Shown: positions 51,994-61,245 of the stretch, piece after piece
Position numbering within the stretch: position 1 is the first letter of the stretch
How the letters are laid out: each line of letters begins with the position of its first letter
DNA from: Nitrospirota bacterium
GTDB lineage: Bacteria; Nitrospirota; Nitrospiria; Nitrospirales; Nitrospiraceae
Reading direction: 5' to 3'
Assembly (NCBI GenBank): GCA_963701855.1
Contig: CAVPBK010000006.1
Span: 1,472,001-1,536,000 of the forward strand
Length of the DNA stretch: 64,000 bases
Position numbers and translations under genes: made by a program
The notes under the pieces: model-generated
Told to the model about the DNA's origin: nothing
Databases searched by the model: none
What the model saw: the letters and a program-made list of their open reading frames with translations, nothing else

Positions 51994-52011
51994 ACTCTTA
52001 ATCAGCGGGCC
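51994..52011 (+). repeat. tRNA-Lys anticodon-arm core (att remnant closing island 3)
   Basis: ACTCTTAATCAGCGGGCC, same start point as the other att copies. Confidence 0.72.
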
Positions 52012-52247
52012 TCAGGCTTGATAGCGCCGCATCCCATCGTGTTTTGGTTGTAGCCAGCGGCAATGGCCGACCGGCTAGCGCCTACGAGGCGCACCGCTCG
52101 CGCCAGTAAGACTGTCACTCCCGCCGCTTGTACCTCTCCGGAACGCCGGCTGCGGCCTCTGCCTCACGTTTCCTCCGTGAACTGTGCGTTGGCTCTCCTC
52201 TACGTGTGAGAGAGCCAACTTCATTTCAACAACAAGGAGGAAACAAA

Positions 52248-52484
52248 ATGGCTACCCACAACAAACCCGCAAACACGCTGCGATGCGGCAACATCAAAGC
52301 GACCATCTGGCAGAATGTGAGCGAGAACGGTCCGTTCTTCACGACGACCTTCTCCCGCCCATTCAAGGATCAGTCTGGCGCTTGGCGCAATGGGTTTTGG
52401 TTCGGTATCAATGACCTTGAGGCCCTTGTCACTGTCGCGTGTGATGCCAAGGTGTGGATTGCCGATCACGTGCTCAAGCGTTGA
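52248..52484 (+). CDS. Small protein, putative ssDNA-binding (PC4-like fold inferred)
   Basis: AAGGAGG RBS; KPANTLRCGNIKATIW...RPFKD...W...F..NDL; only intact copy of several. Confidence 0.68.
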   Translation: MATHNKPANTLRCGNIKATIWQNVSENGPFFTTTFSRPFKDQSGAWRNGFWFGINDLEALVTVACDAKVWIADHVLKR

Positions 52485-52609
52485 GCACATGAAGGGGAAG
52501 CCTCCGGTCCTGCGGGGGCTTCCCTTCGACTCATCTACCTCATTGCGAGGTGACAAAATTCCAGTGCAGCGTGGTCTAATTTTTCGGAGGAAGGTCAGAA
52601 GCCCACACC

Positions 52610-53080
52610 CTATTTCCGTTTCCGCCACTCCCACGGGGGCACAGGATGAGGATGAGCCCACAAGCCTTTCCGCGCCTCTCGGGCATCCTTTTCTAGTCCT
52701 TCCAGCACCGTATCTGCCCGCGCATATTTCCGATACCACCAGCACAAGCTCTGCTTCACGAGTTCCTGATTGAGATTCATCCCATCAGGCGGGGTCGCAT
52801 CGCCAAGGGTGCGCTTATACTGTTCGTTGCCGTGCGTCTGGATCGTAACGTTTTTGCCGAAGGCGAGGGATGAGGCGGCCTGCTTCGCTCGTTGGCCGAA
52901 GGCTTGGCCTTTTTCTGGGCAGTCGATCCCATTAAGACGGATGCGTTCACCTTGTTGGTGGTGCAGGACTTCGATGGTGTCGCCGTCAATTATCCCGACT
53001 ACTCTTCCGTTGAAGTCGGCAGCTAGCAAGGCTGTACGGTGAACGAGGCGGCTCCTAGAAAGCGCTGGGGTATCGGCCAC
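52610..53080 (-). CDS. Thermonuclease (SNase-like), start uncertain
   Basis: IDGDTI, IRLNGIDCPE, YKRTLG, AREARKGLW, PPWEWR. Confidence 0.8.
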   Translation of the reverse strand: MADTPALSRSRLVHRTALLAADFNGRVVGIIDGDTIEVLHHQQGERIRLNGIDCPEKGQAFGQRAKQAASSLAFGKNVTIQTHGNEQYKRTLGDATPPDGMNLNQELVKQSLCWWYRKYARADTVLEGLEKDAREARKGLWAHPHPVPPWEWRKRK

Positions 53081-53709
53081 CCGCCCCAGAGACTTGCACC
53101 TTCGCGCCGGTCAGCGTGTCAGCGTGAACGAACTTGAACGGTGGCCTAACAACTGGGGGCAGGTCAACACCAAAGAAGGGCATTAGCGACATTTTATTTC
53201 GCAAGGACTCATCGGAACTCAAGCCAGGAATTGCAGAGTGCCTCAAGCAATCGGGAACTCTCGTAGTTGTTCTCTTTGGAAATGATAGTCTGTCTCTCGA
53301 ACTCTAAAATCATAAAGAGCTTTAAAGATGTTCTGGTGAAAATAGACAAGAAGTTTAAGAAAGCGAAGATACTCGTCTGGCGCTTCTTGAATGCCTCCAG
53401 GTTGATGTTTACACTCAGCACGCAGTGCAGCGGCATTAAGGTTGGGGCGTTACAAATCTAGACAGCATAGACGGAGTTATCTGCGTACAAAGGAGCTACA
53501 CAAGTAACTCTTCACAAGGAGGGCATTATGCCAGCTCTTCGCAAAATCCTCGGTTCGTATCAAGTAATGTCCTGCCTGTGCCAGAATTCACCGTATTTAA
53601 GATCATTGGCGTTGGGGCAACCTTATGTAGGCGGTGTTTACAACCTCGGGGGCGCGGTTGTTGTGCTCACGAAACATAGATTTAAGCTATCCTACAAGGA
53701 GGTTCAATC

Positions 53710-54537
53710 ATGAGTAGCGCGAAGACCATCAACTCTTGGATTGTGTCGATGCTGGTGATGGGATTGATAGAGGCTGGTGCAGGGCCCATTTTTGCGGGAC
53801 CATACCAGGTGATCGATGTCACGGACGGAGGCACCATTACCGGAGTCGCGGTATGGAAGGACGAGGTTCCTGAACTCCCGTCAATCGAAAACGGGTAAGA
53901 CAAAAGCGCATGCGGCGACGAGACGCCGTCTCAGGCGTTACGGGTCAATTCGAATAATAAAGGTGTGCAGTACGTTCTTGTCTATCTTGAACAAGTTGAG
54001 AAGGGAAAGGCCCCGGCGGACAAATACCGGCTTCATATGGCCGCGTGCCAATTCAAGGAGCACATTTTCCCATTTGTCAGAAGCCAAACGATGACGATGG
54101 TCAACTACGATCAGATTTTTCCACAGCCCACATTTTTTCAACGTAAAGCATGACTCACTGCTGAACATCCCCATGTCCGATTGCCGGTCAGGAAATTGAC
54201 CACAAGTTCTTCCAGATACCTGGAAGGAACGAAAAGGGCGTGATGCGGCTTCAATGTGATGTCCATAACAACATGAACGCCTATTGGGCTGGATTTGATC
54301 ATCCGTATTTTGCGGTCACGGACGCGGACGGAAAGTTTGTGATTAGCGGGGTTCCGGCAGGCAAGTACAGCCTTGGTGGCATGGCATGAGGGTTACAAGA
54401 TTATACGGGAGGAGAAGGGGCGACCAATATACGACAGACCGCATGTCCGCCAGCAGGAGATTGAAGTCAAACCAACAACGACCATTGAAGTTGGCTTTGA
54501 GTTTCCAGTTCGAAAAGTCTATATCGATTATAATTGA
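53710..54537 (+). pseudogene. Secreted cupredoxin-like/carboxypeptidase-regulatory-domain protein, frameshifted
   Basis: GGTITG, CQF, QCDVH..M, HPYFAVTDADGKF, WHE distributed over several frames. Confidence 0.75.
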
Positions 54538-54698
54538 CAAGGCGTGTTTTAAAAGACATCCGAGTGGTTGTCGCCTGTCATGAAGAAGGAAATGGTGCCA
54601 GGAACAGTTTCTAGCTGCCTTGCGTCGAGTTCCAGGCGAGAAGTAGGCTGGCGGTGAGAAAGAAAGGTTGAGGCTGAGGCTCAGTAAAGAGGCTCGCC

Positions 54699-55154
54699 AT
54701 GTGGGTTGTCTTCCTCCTTTTGCTCCTGCTGCTGCCACTGCCGTTCTCCATCCACGCGGAAGATCTCGGCGAGCTAAGCGCAAATCCGTTCAATCTTGAG
54801 TCCACGTCCAATCCATTCGGAGCCGGGAGCCCCTACAAGCCGGACGGCATCAACAATCCCTTCAGTCCCTACGGCAGTCCCTTCAGCAATCAATCAGCAA
54901 CGAATCCGTTCGCCACCGATGCACCTCGGCTCCTTGCTCGTCCCTCTGGTCTGTCTGGTCTCTTTGGTTTCTCTGGTTATTTTCCGGTCCGGTCAACAAG
55001 ACAGACCAAATAGACCAGATAAACGAGATAGACCAGTTTCGTTTCTCCGTTCTCACCAGTCTCGATCAAGAATCCCTACGGCGCAGGGAATCCCCACAGC
55101 CCCAACAGTCCCACGAATCTCTACGGTCGCGGCCTTCGAATTGAAGGACGCTGA
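54699..55154 (+). pseudogene. NPY/NPF-repeat gene copy 4, interrupted by hairpin element
   Basis: Same structure and junctions as copies 1 and 3. Confidence 0.75.
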
Positions 55155-55605
55155 TCCATTCGCTAAGCCGCTCCACGTGATCTCATGGCTGCTTGACACC
55201 TCAGTACTACACCGTAGCCACGGGTTTGCTGTCGTAGCCATCCCCGGCAGTGACCGACCGGCTAACTCCCATGAAGCGCACCGCTCGCGCCAGTGTCACT
55301 CCCGCCGCTCGTTCCTCTCCGGCACGCTGGCGATGGCCTCTGCCTGGCCCGAACGATTCATGAATACCTGCTACGTCGTCCGATCCTCTCGCCCGGCGGG
55401 GCTTTTCTCGTTCGGCCTCCTCGACGGACTGACAGTACGCCTGCGTCGGCCTTACTTGCGAGAAGCCCCGGCGGGCTTCGGTCTCGAACGTCTCGCGACG
55501 GCATTCATGAATAATCCTGGCTTACTTTTCCTCCGTGAACTGTGCGTTGGCGCTCCTTTTTCTGTGCGAGAGCCAACTTCGTTTCAACCAAGGAGGAAAC
55601 AAAGA

Positions 55606-56026
55606 TGGCAAGGAGCCTGTCCGACATTGCCCTTCGTGACGAGGCGAAGGAGGTGTGGCCAGATGCGAGGCCGCAGGTCTGGAAAAACCGGAGGTGTATT
55701 CGCTGGAATCCATTGAGGATTTTTTCGGGCCGAGAACGACGCAGATGGTCGCAGATCGTTCGCTGCAGTAGAACGGTCAATATCGGACAGGCTCCTCGCA
55801 ACAACAAACCGCGAATACTCTGCGATGCGGCAGCATCAAAGTGACGATCTGGGAGAATGTCAGCGAGAAGGGTCTGTTCTTCTCAACGACGTTCTCTCGC
55901 CCATTCAGGGATCAGTCCGGCGCGTGGGGCAATGGGACCTCCTTCGGTCTCAACGACCTTGAAGCGCTTGTCACGGTTACGTGTGACGCCAAGGAGTGGA
56001 TTGCCGCTCACGCCTTGAAGCGTTGA
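55606..56026 (+). pseudogene. Copy of the 52248 gene interrupted by a MITE
   Basis: ATGGC, then MITE 55611-55796 (IR AGGAGCCTGTCCGA), then NKPR/LRCGSIKVTIW...ALKR. Confidence 0.75.
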
Positions 56027-56169
56027 GCTGCTTCCATGGGAAGCCTCCGATCTCTGAGGGCTTCCCTCCGACCCAGCTATTCTTCTACTTCTTTATGAAG
56101 TAACAAAATTCCAGTACAACATGGTCTAGTTGTTCGGGGGAAGGTCATGACCAGCCGCCGCGATTCGCT

Positions 56170-57378
56170 CTAGTAGTCGACCAGCCGCGCCCACTCGGCG
56201 GCTTTGAAGGCGTCTGCGCGGTTGGCGCGCGGCGGATAGATCCACTGCGTGTTGATCTCGCGCTTCATCGCCTTGGCCTTGTCGCCGCTCAGCTCGACCT
56301 TGGCATCCCAGCCTCTGGTGAACACGGCGTCGGACGGGCCAAGATCGAGGCAGGTGACGTAGTTCTTCTGCTGGTATGGCTCCAGCGGCACGTCGAGCAG
56401 GTCCGCCGCCGCGTTGAACCCGGCGGAGGCACCGAGCCGGTTGGCATGCTGGCACGACATGAGCGCTCGGTGGCCCAGGTCGTCCGTCGCCGCCTGCGCG
56501 GTGTCGCCGGCTGCGAAGATCGTCGGCACCGCGGCAACGCGCAGATTGCGGTCAACCACCAGTCGGCCGGAACGATCGCGCTCAGCCGGGACTTGCGCGG
56601 TGAGTGGACTCGCGCGGAAGCCGCCTGCCCAGATCACGGTGGCGCTCTCGATAGACTGCCCGTCGCTCAGGGTGACGCCGCTCTCGGTCAGCGCCGAGAC
56701 GCCCACGCCGACCCTGGTTTCCACGCCGGCCTCGCGCAGCGCCTTCTCGATCAGCGGACGCGGATGGGGGCCCATCGCGGGCGCGATGGCGTCGTTGCGG
56801 TCGACGATGATGACGCGGACATTTGCCTTTGGCCCGAGGATGGCGCGCAGGCGCGACGGCATTTCTGTGGCCACCTCGATGCCGGTGAAGCCGCCGCCGC
56901 AGACGACCGCCGTGTCGCGGGCGACAGAGGATGGCCGGTTAGCCAAGGCGTTGACATGATGGTCGAGCGCGATTGCGTCGTCGAGCTGATCGACGGTGAA
57001 GCCGTACTTGGCAAGGCCTGGGATGTCCGGCTTGAACCCTTGGCTGCCAGCAGCCAGCACCAGGCGGTCGTAGCGCAGCGAACGTCGCATCCCGTCAGGC
57101 CCGACGATCATGGCCGACTTGCTGGCGGAGTCGATGACGTCGACCCGACCCTGTTCGTATCGGACATTGACGGCGTCGAACAGTTCCGCGAGTGATGCCA
57201 CCATGGCCTCGGGCGCGCGCTCGTAGAGGCGGGGACGGATCACCAGCCGGGGCTCCGGCGCAATGACAGCAATCTCGAGGGTGTCGGGCGAGACGCCTTG
57301 CTTGTCTCGCAGGCGCGCGGCGGACAAGGCTGCATACATGCCGGCGAAGCCGGCACCGACAATCAGGATGCGTTTCAT
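56170..57378 (-). CDS. NAD(P)/FAD-dependent oxidoreductase (NDH-2-like)
   Basis: GAGFAG, YDRLVLAAGS, GGGFTGIE, AAGD; conspicuously high GC. Confidence 0.9.
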   Translation of the reverse strand: MKRILIVGAGFAGMYAALSAARLRDKQGVSPDTLEIAVIAPEPRLVIRPRLYERAPEAMVASLAELFDAVNVRYEQGRVDVIDSASKSAMIVGPDGMRRSLRYDRLVLAAGSQGFKPDIPGLAKYGFTVDQLDDAIALDHHVNALANRPSSVARDTAVVCGGGFTGIEVATEMPSRLRAILGPKANVRVIIVDRNDAIAPAMGPHPRPLIEKALREAGVETRVGVGVSALTESGVTLSDGQSIESATVIWAGGFRASPLTAQVPAERDRSGRLVVDRNLRVAAVPTIFAAGDTAQAATDDLGHRALMSCQHANRLGASAGFNAAADLLDVPLEPYQQKNYVTCLDLGPSDAVFTRGWDAKVELSGDKAKAMKREINTQWIYPPRANRADAFKAAEWARLVDY

Positions 57379-58456
57379 GGCTGGATACCTCCCATTTGAG
57401 TTGGTCGGGCAATGCTCGTCGAGCAAGGCCGCAGGAGCCCTTGTTTAACGACACACCAATGTCCTGCTGTAGCTTGTACGGTGGGGGATTGGGATTGCCA
57501 GCCCCTCGTAAGCCTCAGAATCATGCCGGCCTCATGATCAGTGCTTGAGAGAGATGACGGCGTTGGAGCGTCGAAGACTGGAGAATCGATCGCGCTAGGA
57601 ATGGTTGGTGGCGCGAGGGATAGCTAACTCCATACGCTGAAACGTCATCAGCGCTAAGTATTAAATTCTAAAAACAGAGGGAGGGATTAGTCAACTTAAA
57701 ATATTGCCAGTCTTCACACCAGCGATTTAAACATGCCTTGAAGCGCGTGTCACGGTTGCGTGGGAAGCCTCCAGCCCTCCCGGGGCTTCCCATGCAACTT
57801 CATGTAGTTCCGATGAAGCTCTTCATTCACTAACCAAGAGGAGAGCACGCGCTTCCGCATCAGTTTCTTCATGAATACGTTCCGCAAACTGAACTTCATT
57901 CACTCTATCAAAGACGGCGGAGTGCACGTCCACAGCTACATTTGCCCTTAATTGAGCATCATTGATTTCGAACCGAGCGAGCGTGACGCTGTCTGTCGGT
58001 TGAATCCTTGAAGTCTGAGCAATTTTGACCAGACTAGGATTTGTTCCCTCGACATACTGCCGTTCGCACTCACGCTCTGCCTGAGACTCGCCGGTGGTCC
58101 CAAGATCACCCCGGCGTGGTGTGCGGTATCTCGAATACCATGGGACCACATCCATGCCGGACTTGCGTCCAGTCCAGGGTCGAGTGTCTCGGCGTGAGCG
58201 ATGCCGTGAAGGTCACGATGAGAAAGATGTCATGAATCAGAACTCTGAGGGTCGTCAACATGGCGCTCGCGATGGACCGGTGAGGCAAGCGTCATGAGGC
58301 GAAAGTTCCATTCAAGAAGCCCATTGAATTGGCTCCTGATGGCCGGGAATTTAGGATACATCCATTCTGAAATAATCCATCAGTACATCACTCGGTCGAA
58401 GAAACAAGGTAACCTGCTGTTCCCCTCTCCGACCGTTACTAACCAAGGAGGACTCG

Positions 58457-58924
58457 ATGAAGACCAATATTCTCACAATAAGCGTGATTAGCATGATCGC
58501 CCTGCTGGGATTGGGTGTGCAGCCGAGCTTGGCGGGTCCTGAACCTGGCCCTCATGGGGAGATGAGAGGGCACCATCCCCAGCACGCTAACCACCTTCAG
58601 CATCTCTTGAAACACCAGAAAGAGATCGGGCTGACGGAGGAACAGGTGAAAAAGCTGAAAGCCATCGAACTCGACTTCGATCGTGCACGGATCAGATCCG
58701 AAGCGGAGATCCATATTGCCGAACGGGAATTGCAGGCGTTAGTGGAGGGGGAGGAGCAGGCCGACTTATCCAAAGTCGAAGCCAAAGTGAAACAGAGCGA
58801 AATGTTGGAAGTGGGACTGCGGATGTCGGCGTTCAAGGCCCGGAACGAGGCGCTCGCGGTTTTGACACCCGAACAACGCGCGAAAGGAAAGGCTGCCCAT
58901 GAAAAGCCTGAGCCACGCCCGTAG
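58457..58924 (+). CDS. Periplasmic Spy/CpxP/ZraP-like protein
   Basis: Signal peptide, His-rich segment, LTEEQ and LTPEQ motifs. Confidence 0.82.
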   Translation: MKTNILTISVISMIALLGLGVQPSLAGPEPGPHGEMRGHHPQHANHLQHLLKHQKEIGLTEEQVKKLKAIELDFDRARIRSEAEIHIAERELQALVEGEEQADLSKVEAKVKQSEMLEVGLRMSAFKARNEALAVLTPEQRAKGKAAHEKPEPRP

Positions 58925-59178
58925 GGGGTGAACGGGTCGGGCGAACAACGTGAGAAAGGACAGACCGCTTTCTCGACGAGCGTCCCAATGCCAGAGAATG
59001 GTTGGGAATCGTCATGGTTGGGCGGGAGTCATCGTCTTAAGGTTCAAGAGATGATCGTGTGAAGTTCTAAGTAAAAAAGGATAGCGGTACTTCCCTAACG
59101 ACGGGTGGCGCACGACTGGCTCTCGTCACCTTCGCGATCGGGACCCTACGGGTGTGACATCACAGAGAAATAAGGGTG

Positions 59179-59571
59179 TCAGGAACCGTTTCTGCGCTTA
59201 TGCGCTCGAAATTTGACCAGTATAAACGCACACAACAGATTGATGATGAGGGCACCGCCGCCAGCGAGCGAGAGGGGAAGCGGAGTTGATGGCAATGGCA
59301 CCAAGAACTTCTCCCACGCCATCCAAAGCGTGGCGAGGCCTGGTATCAATAGGATACCGGCGAGGGCCGTGCCCACACGAGCCCGACTGGTTGCACTCCA
59401 GCCGAGCGCGATGGCGATCAGAAAACTCACCGAGGCATCTTCTAAAAAGTCGACGCTATCCGCAAACAGCGAGACCGAGCCGATTGCGAGAGCCACCGCG
59501 AACTCGACGCCAAAATAGACCAGGTTCAGGGCAGCAACGATGATGACCACTCGTCGAAGATTCGCGTTCAT
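59179..59571 (-). pseudogene. CDF-like cation transporter, 3'-truncated
   Basis: SVSLFADSVDFLEDA; only 4 TM, ends at a REP-like motif. Confidence 0.72.
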
Positions 59572-59598
59572 TCCTCAGCCCCAGCCTCGTTTCATCTT

Positions 59599-60804
59599 CT
59601 AGCCCTCGTCGCTGAGATCATTGAGTCGTCTGACTGCTTTTTCCGCATGATCTGTCTTCGGCAAGAGGTGGGTTGGAACAAAAAACAGACTCGCAAGGAG
59701 TGTGGGCACTACCGCACTGGCGATGACCGCCGCCACAAGAAAAGAATATTGCTCCTGCGTCACCAACCCATGTGCCAAACCGTAGAGAGAAGAAATGGTC
59801 CCAAACGTCAAGCCAGTGGACATCAGAAGCGTGTAGTACCAGCGTTCATTGCGGTCCTGACGGAACAGGCTGATAAAGGGATAGAGGCCAAAAATCTTTG
59901 ACGCGACTTTGCCCATGAGCAACGCAAGAAACACTAACGGAGCCGCGAGCAGGGCGGGCAGGGACACGAGTGTTCCGGCTCGAAGAAAGTAAAAAGGCGT
60001 GAGAAATCCCACGGTCAGCGTACGCAGCCGCCGAATCCAGTGCGCGTCTCTCGCGGCACTTCCCGCGAGCACCATGCCGGCAAGATACGCCGGAAGAACT
60101 GCTTCGCTTCCCGACCACAGAGCCAGCGCGCCCAATCCAAAGAGCGTCAGCATAACCCATTTCGTTCTGATTGCCGCAGTACGATGAGCATAGTGACGCG
60201 TCAGCCATGCGGTGATGTATGGCAACATCATCAGCGCCACCACACTGCCCACGATGAAGATAACCGTCTTATAGGTAAACGGCGCAAAGAGCAAACCGAG
60301 GGCAATCACCGTTCCCAGGTCTGTGACAAAGCATGAGGCGAGAATGCCTTTCCCAAACTCCGTCTTATTAAAGCCGGTTTCCAGCATGACCGCATAGACA
60401 ACGGCCATGGACGTTGTCGAGAGAGCGACGCCGCAGAGCCAACTGGCATTCGCGTCCCATCCCAATACGTAATATGCGAGGGCAGCACAGCCGAGAAACG
60501 GCGCCATGAATCCCACCAATCCCACAACACTCACCTCCGTCAATTTCTTACGGACGATGTCGGGATCGAGTTCCGCCCCTGCGAGGAACGTGAGGACCAC
60601 GGCACCAGAGGCCGCGAGGAACCGCACCCACTCCGAGTCGGCGGCGAGGACATCGCCGAGACCAAAGAAGCCGGTCGCCGCCGCAGCGGCCACTCCCACA
60701 CAGATTTCAACGAGTGCGATCGAGAGGCGCAGGAAAGAAGCAATGAGAGCAGAAACCACAGCGAGGGCAAGCCACAGGGTTGCCGTGAGAAAGATTGATT
60801 CCAT
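59599..60804 (-). CDS. Cation:proton antiporter (CPA family)
   Basis: Many TM segments, FLAGAE, STTSMAVV, FVTDLG. Confidence 0.9.
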   Translation of the reverse strand: MESIFLTATLWLALAVVSALIASFLRLSIALVEICVGVAAAAATGFFGLGDVLAADSEWVRFLAASGAVVLTFLAGAELDPDIVRKKLTEVSVVGLVGFMAPFLGCAALAYYVLGWDANASWLCGVALSTTSMAVVYAVMLETGFNKTEFGKGILASCFVTDLGTVIALGLLFAPFTYKTVIFIVGSVVALMMLPYITAWLTRHYAHRTAAIRTKWVMLTLFGLGALALWSGSEAVLPAYLAGMVLAGSAARDAHWIRRLRTLTVGFLTPFYFLRAGTLVSLPALLAAPLVFLALLMGKVASKIFGLYPFISLFRQDRNERWYYTLLMSTGLTFGTISSLYGLAHGLVTQEQYSFLVAAVIASAVVPTLLASLFFVPTHLLPKTDHAEKAVRRLNDLSDEG

Positions 60805-60892
60805 CGAGGAGTCCTCCGATCCGGCCAGGGGTTGCAGACTGCAAGGGCCAGTTGCCACCATGTTGGCGGCAGTCCTACGGCTACGGCAGTGG

Positions 60893-60950
60893 TAGTGGAG
60901 GAGTCATCAGCCTGGCCGAGGCCGTTGTACGAATGGCTCCATCCATAATG
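60893..60950 (-). ncRNA. Fluoride (crcB-motif) riboswitch
   Basis: Minus strand ATGGATGGAGCCATTC...AAC..GCC..GGCTGATGACTCCT, upstream of the antiporter. Confidence 0.7.
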
Positions 60951-61245
60951 AGTAATGGGGATATGCGAAATGGTCACAAACTGGTGCAAATTATGAAGTG
61001 CCGTAGAGTGGGGTACCAGACAAGCCGAGGAAGCTCTCTTTGCTCATAACTCCCGGTTGGCCGTACAGGTCCCTCCGAGCCCACATTCTCTTGAATGGCT
61101 GGACTCTTGGTGCCCGAAGTTTACACCTCAGGTCTATCCTCATCGTCGATTGCGTGATCCTTTGACACTCGCATCATGCCTGCCAGTTCAGTTGGAATGA
61201 TAACGGATACTTCCCACCGCACCCTGGACCATTCGCCTAAACGAG

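Noticed and set aside
18205..52011. Prophage
   Set aside because: No capsid, terminase, tail or replication genes
53055..53500. AT-rich minus-strand ORF pieces
   Set aside because: Probably a decayed gene, but no family can be recognised
54796..55716. 306-aa ORF
   Set aside because: Chance read-through of a repeat gene, hairpin, leader and MITEs
57601..57630. Possible minus-strand tRNA 3' end (TCCCTCGCGCCACCA)
   Set aside because: Too short, with no recognisable T-loop
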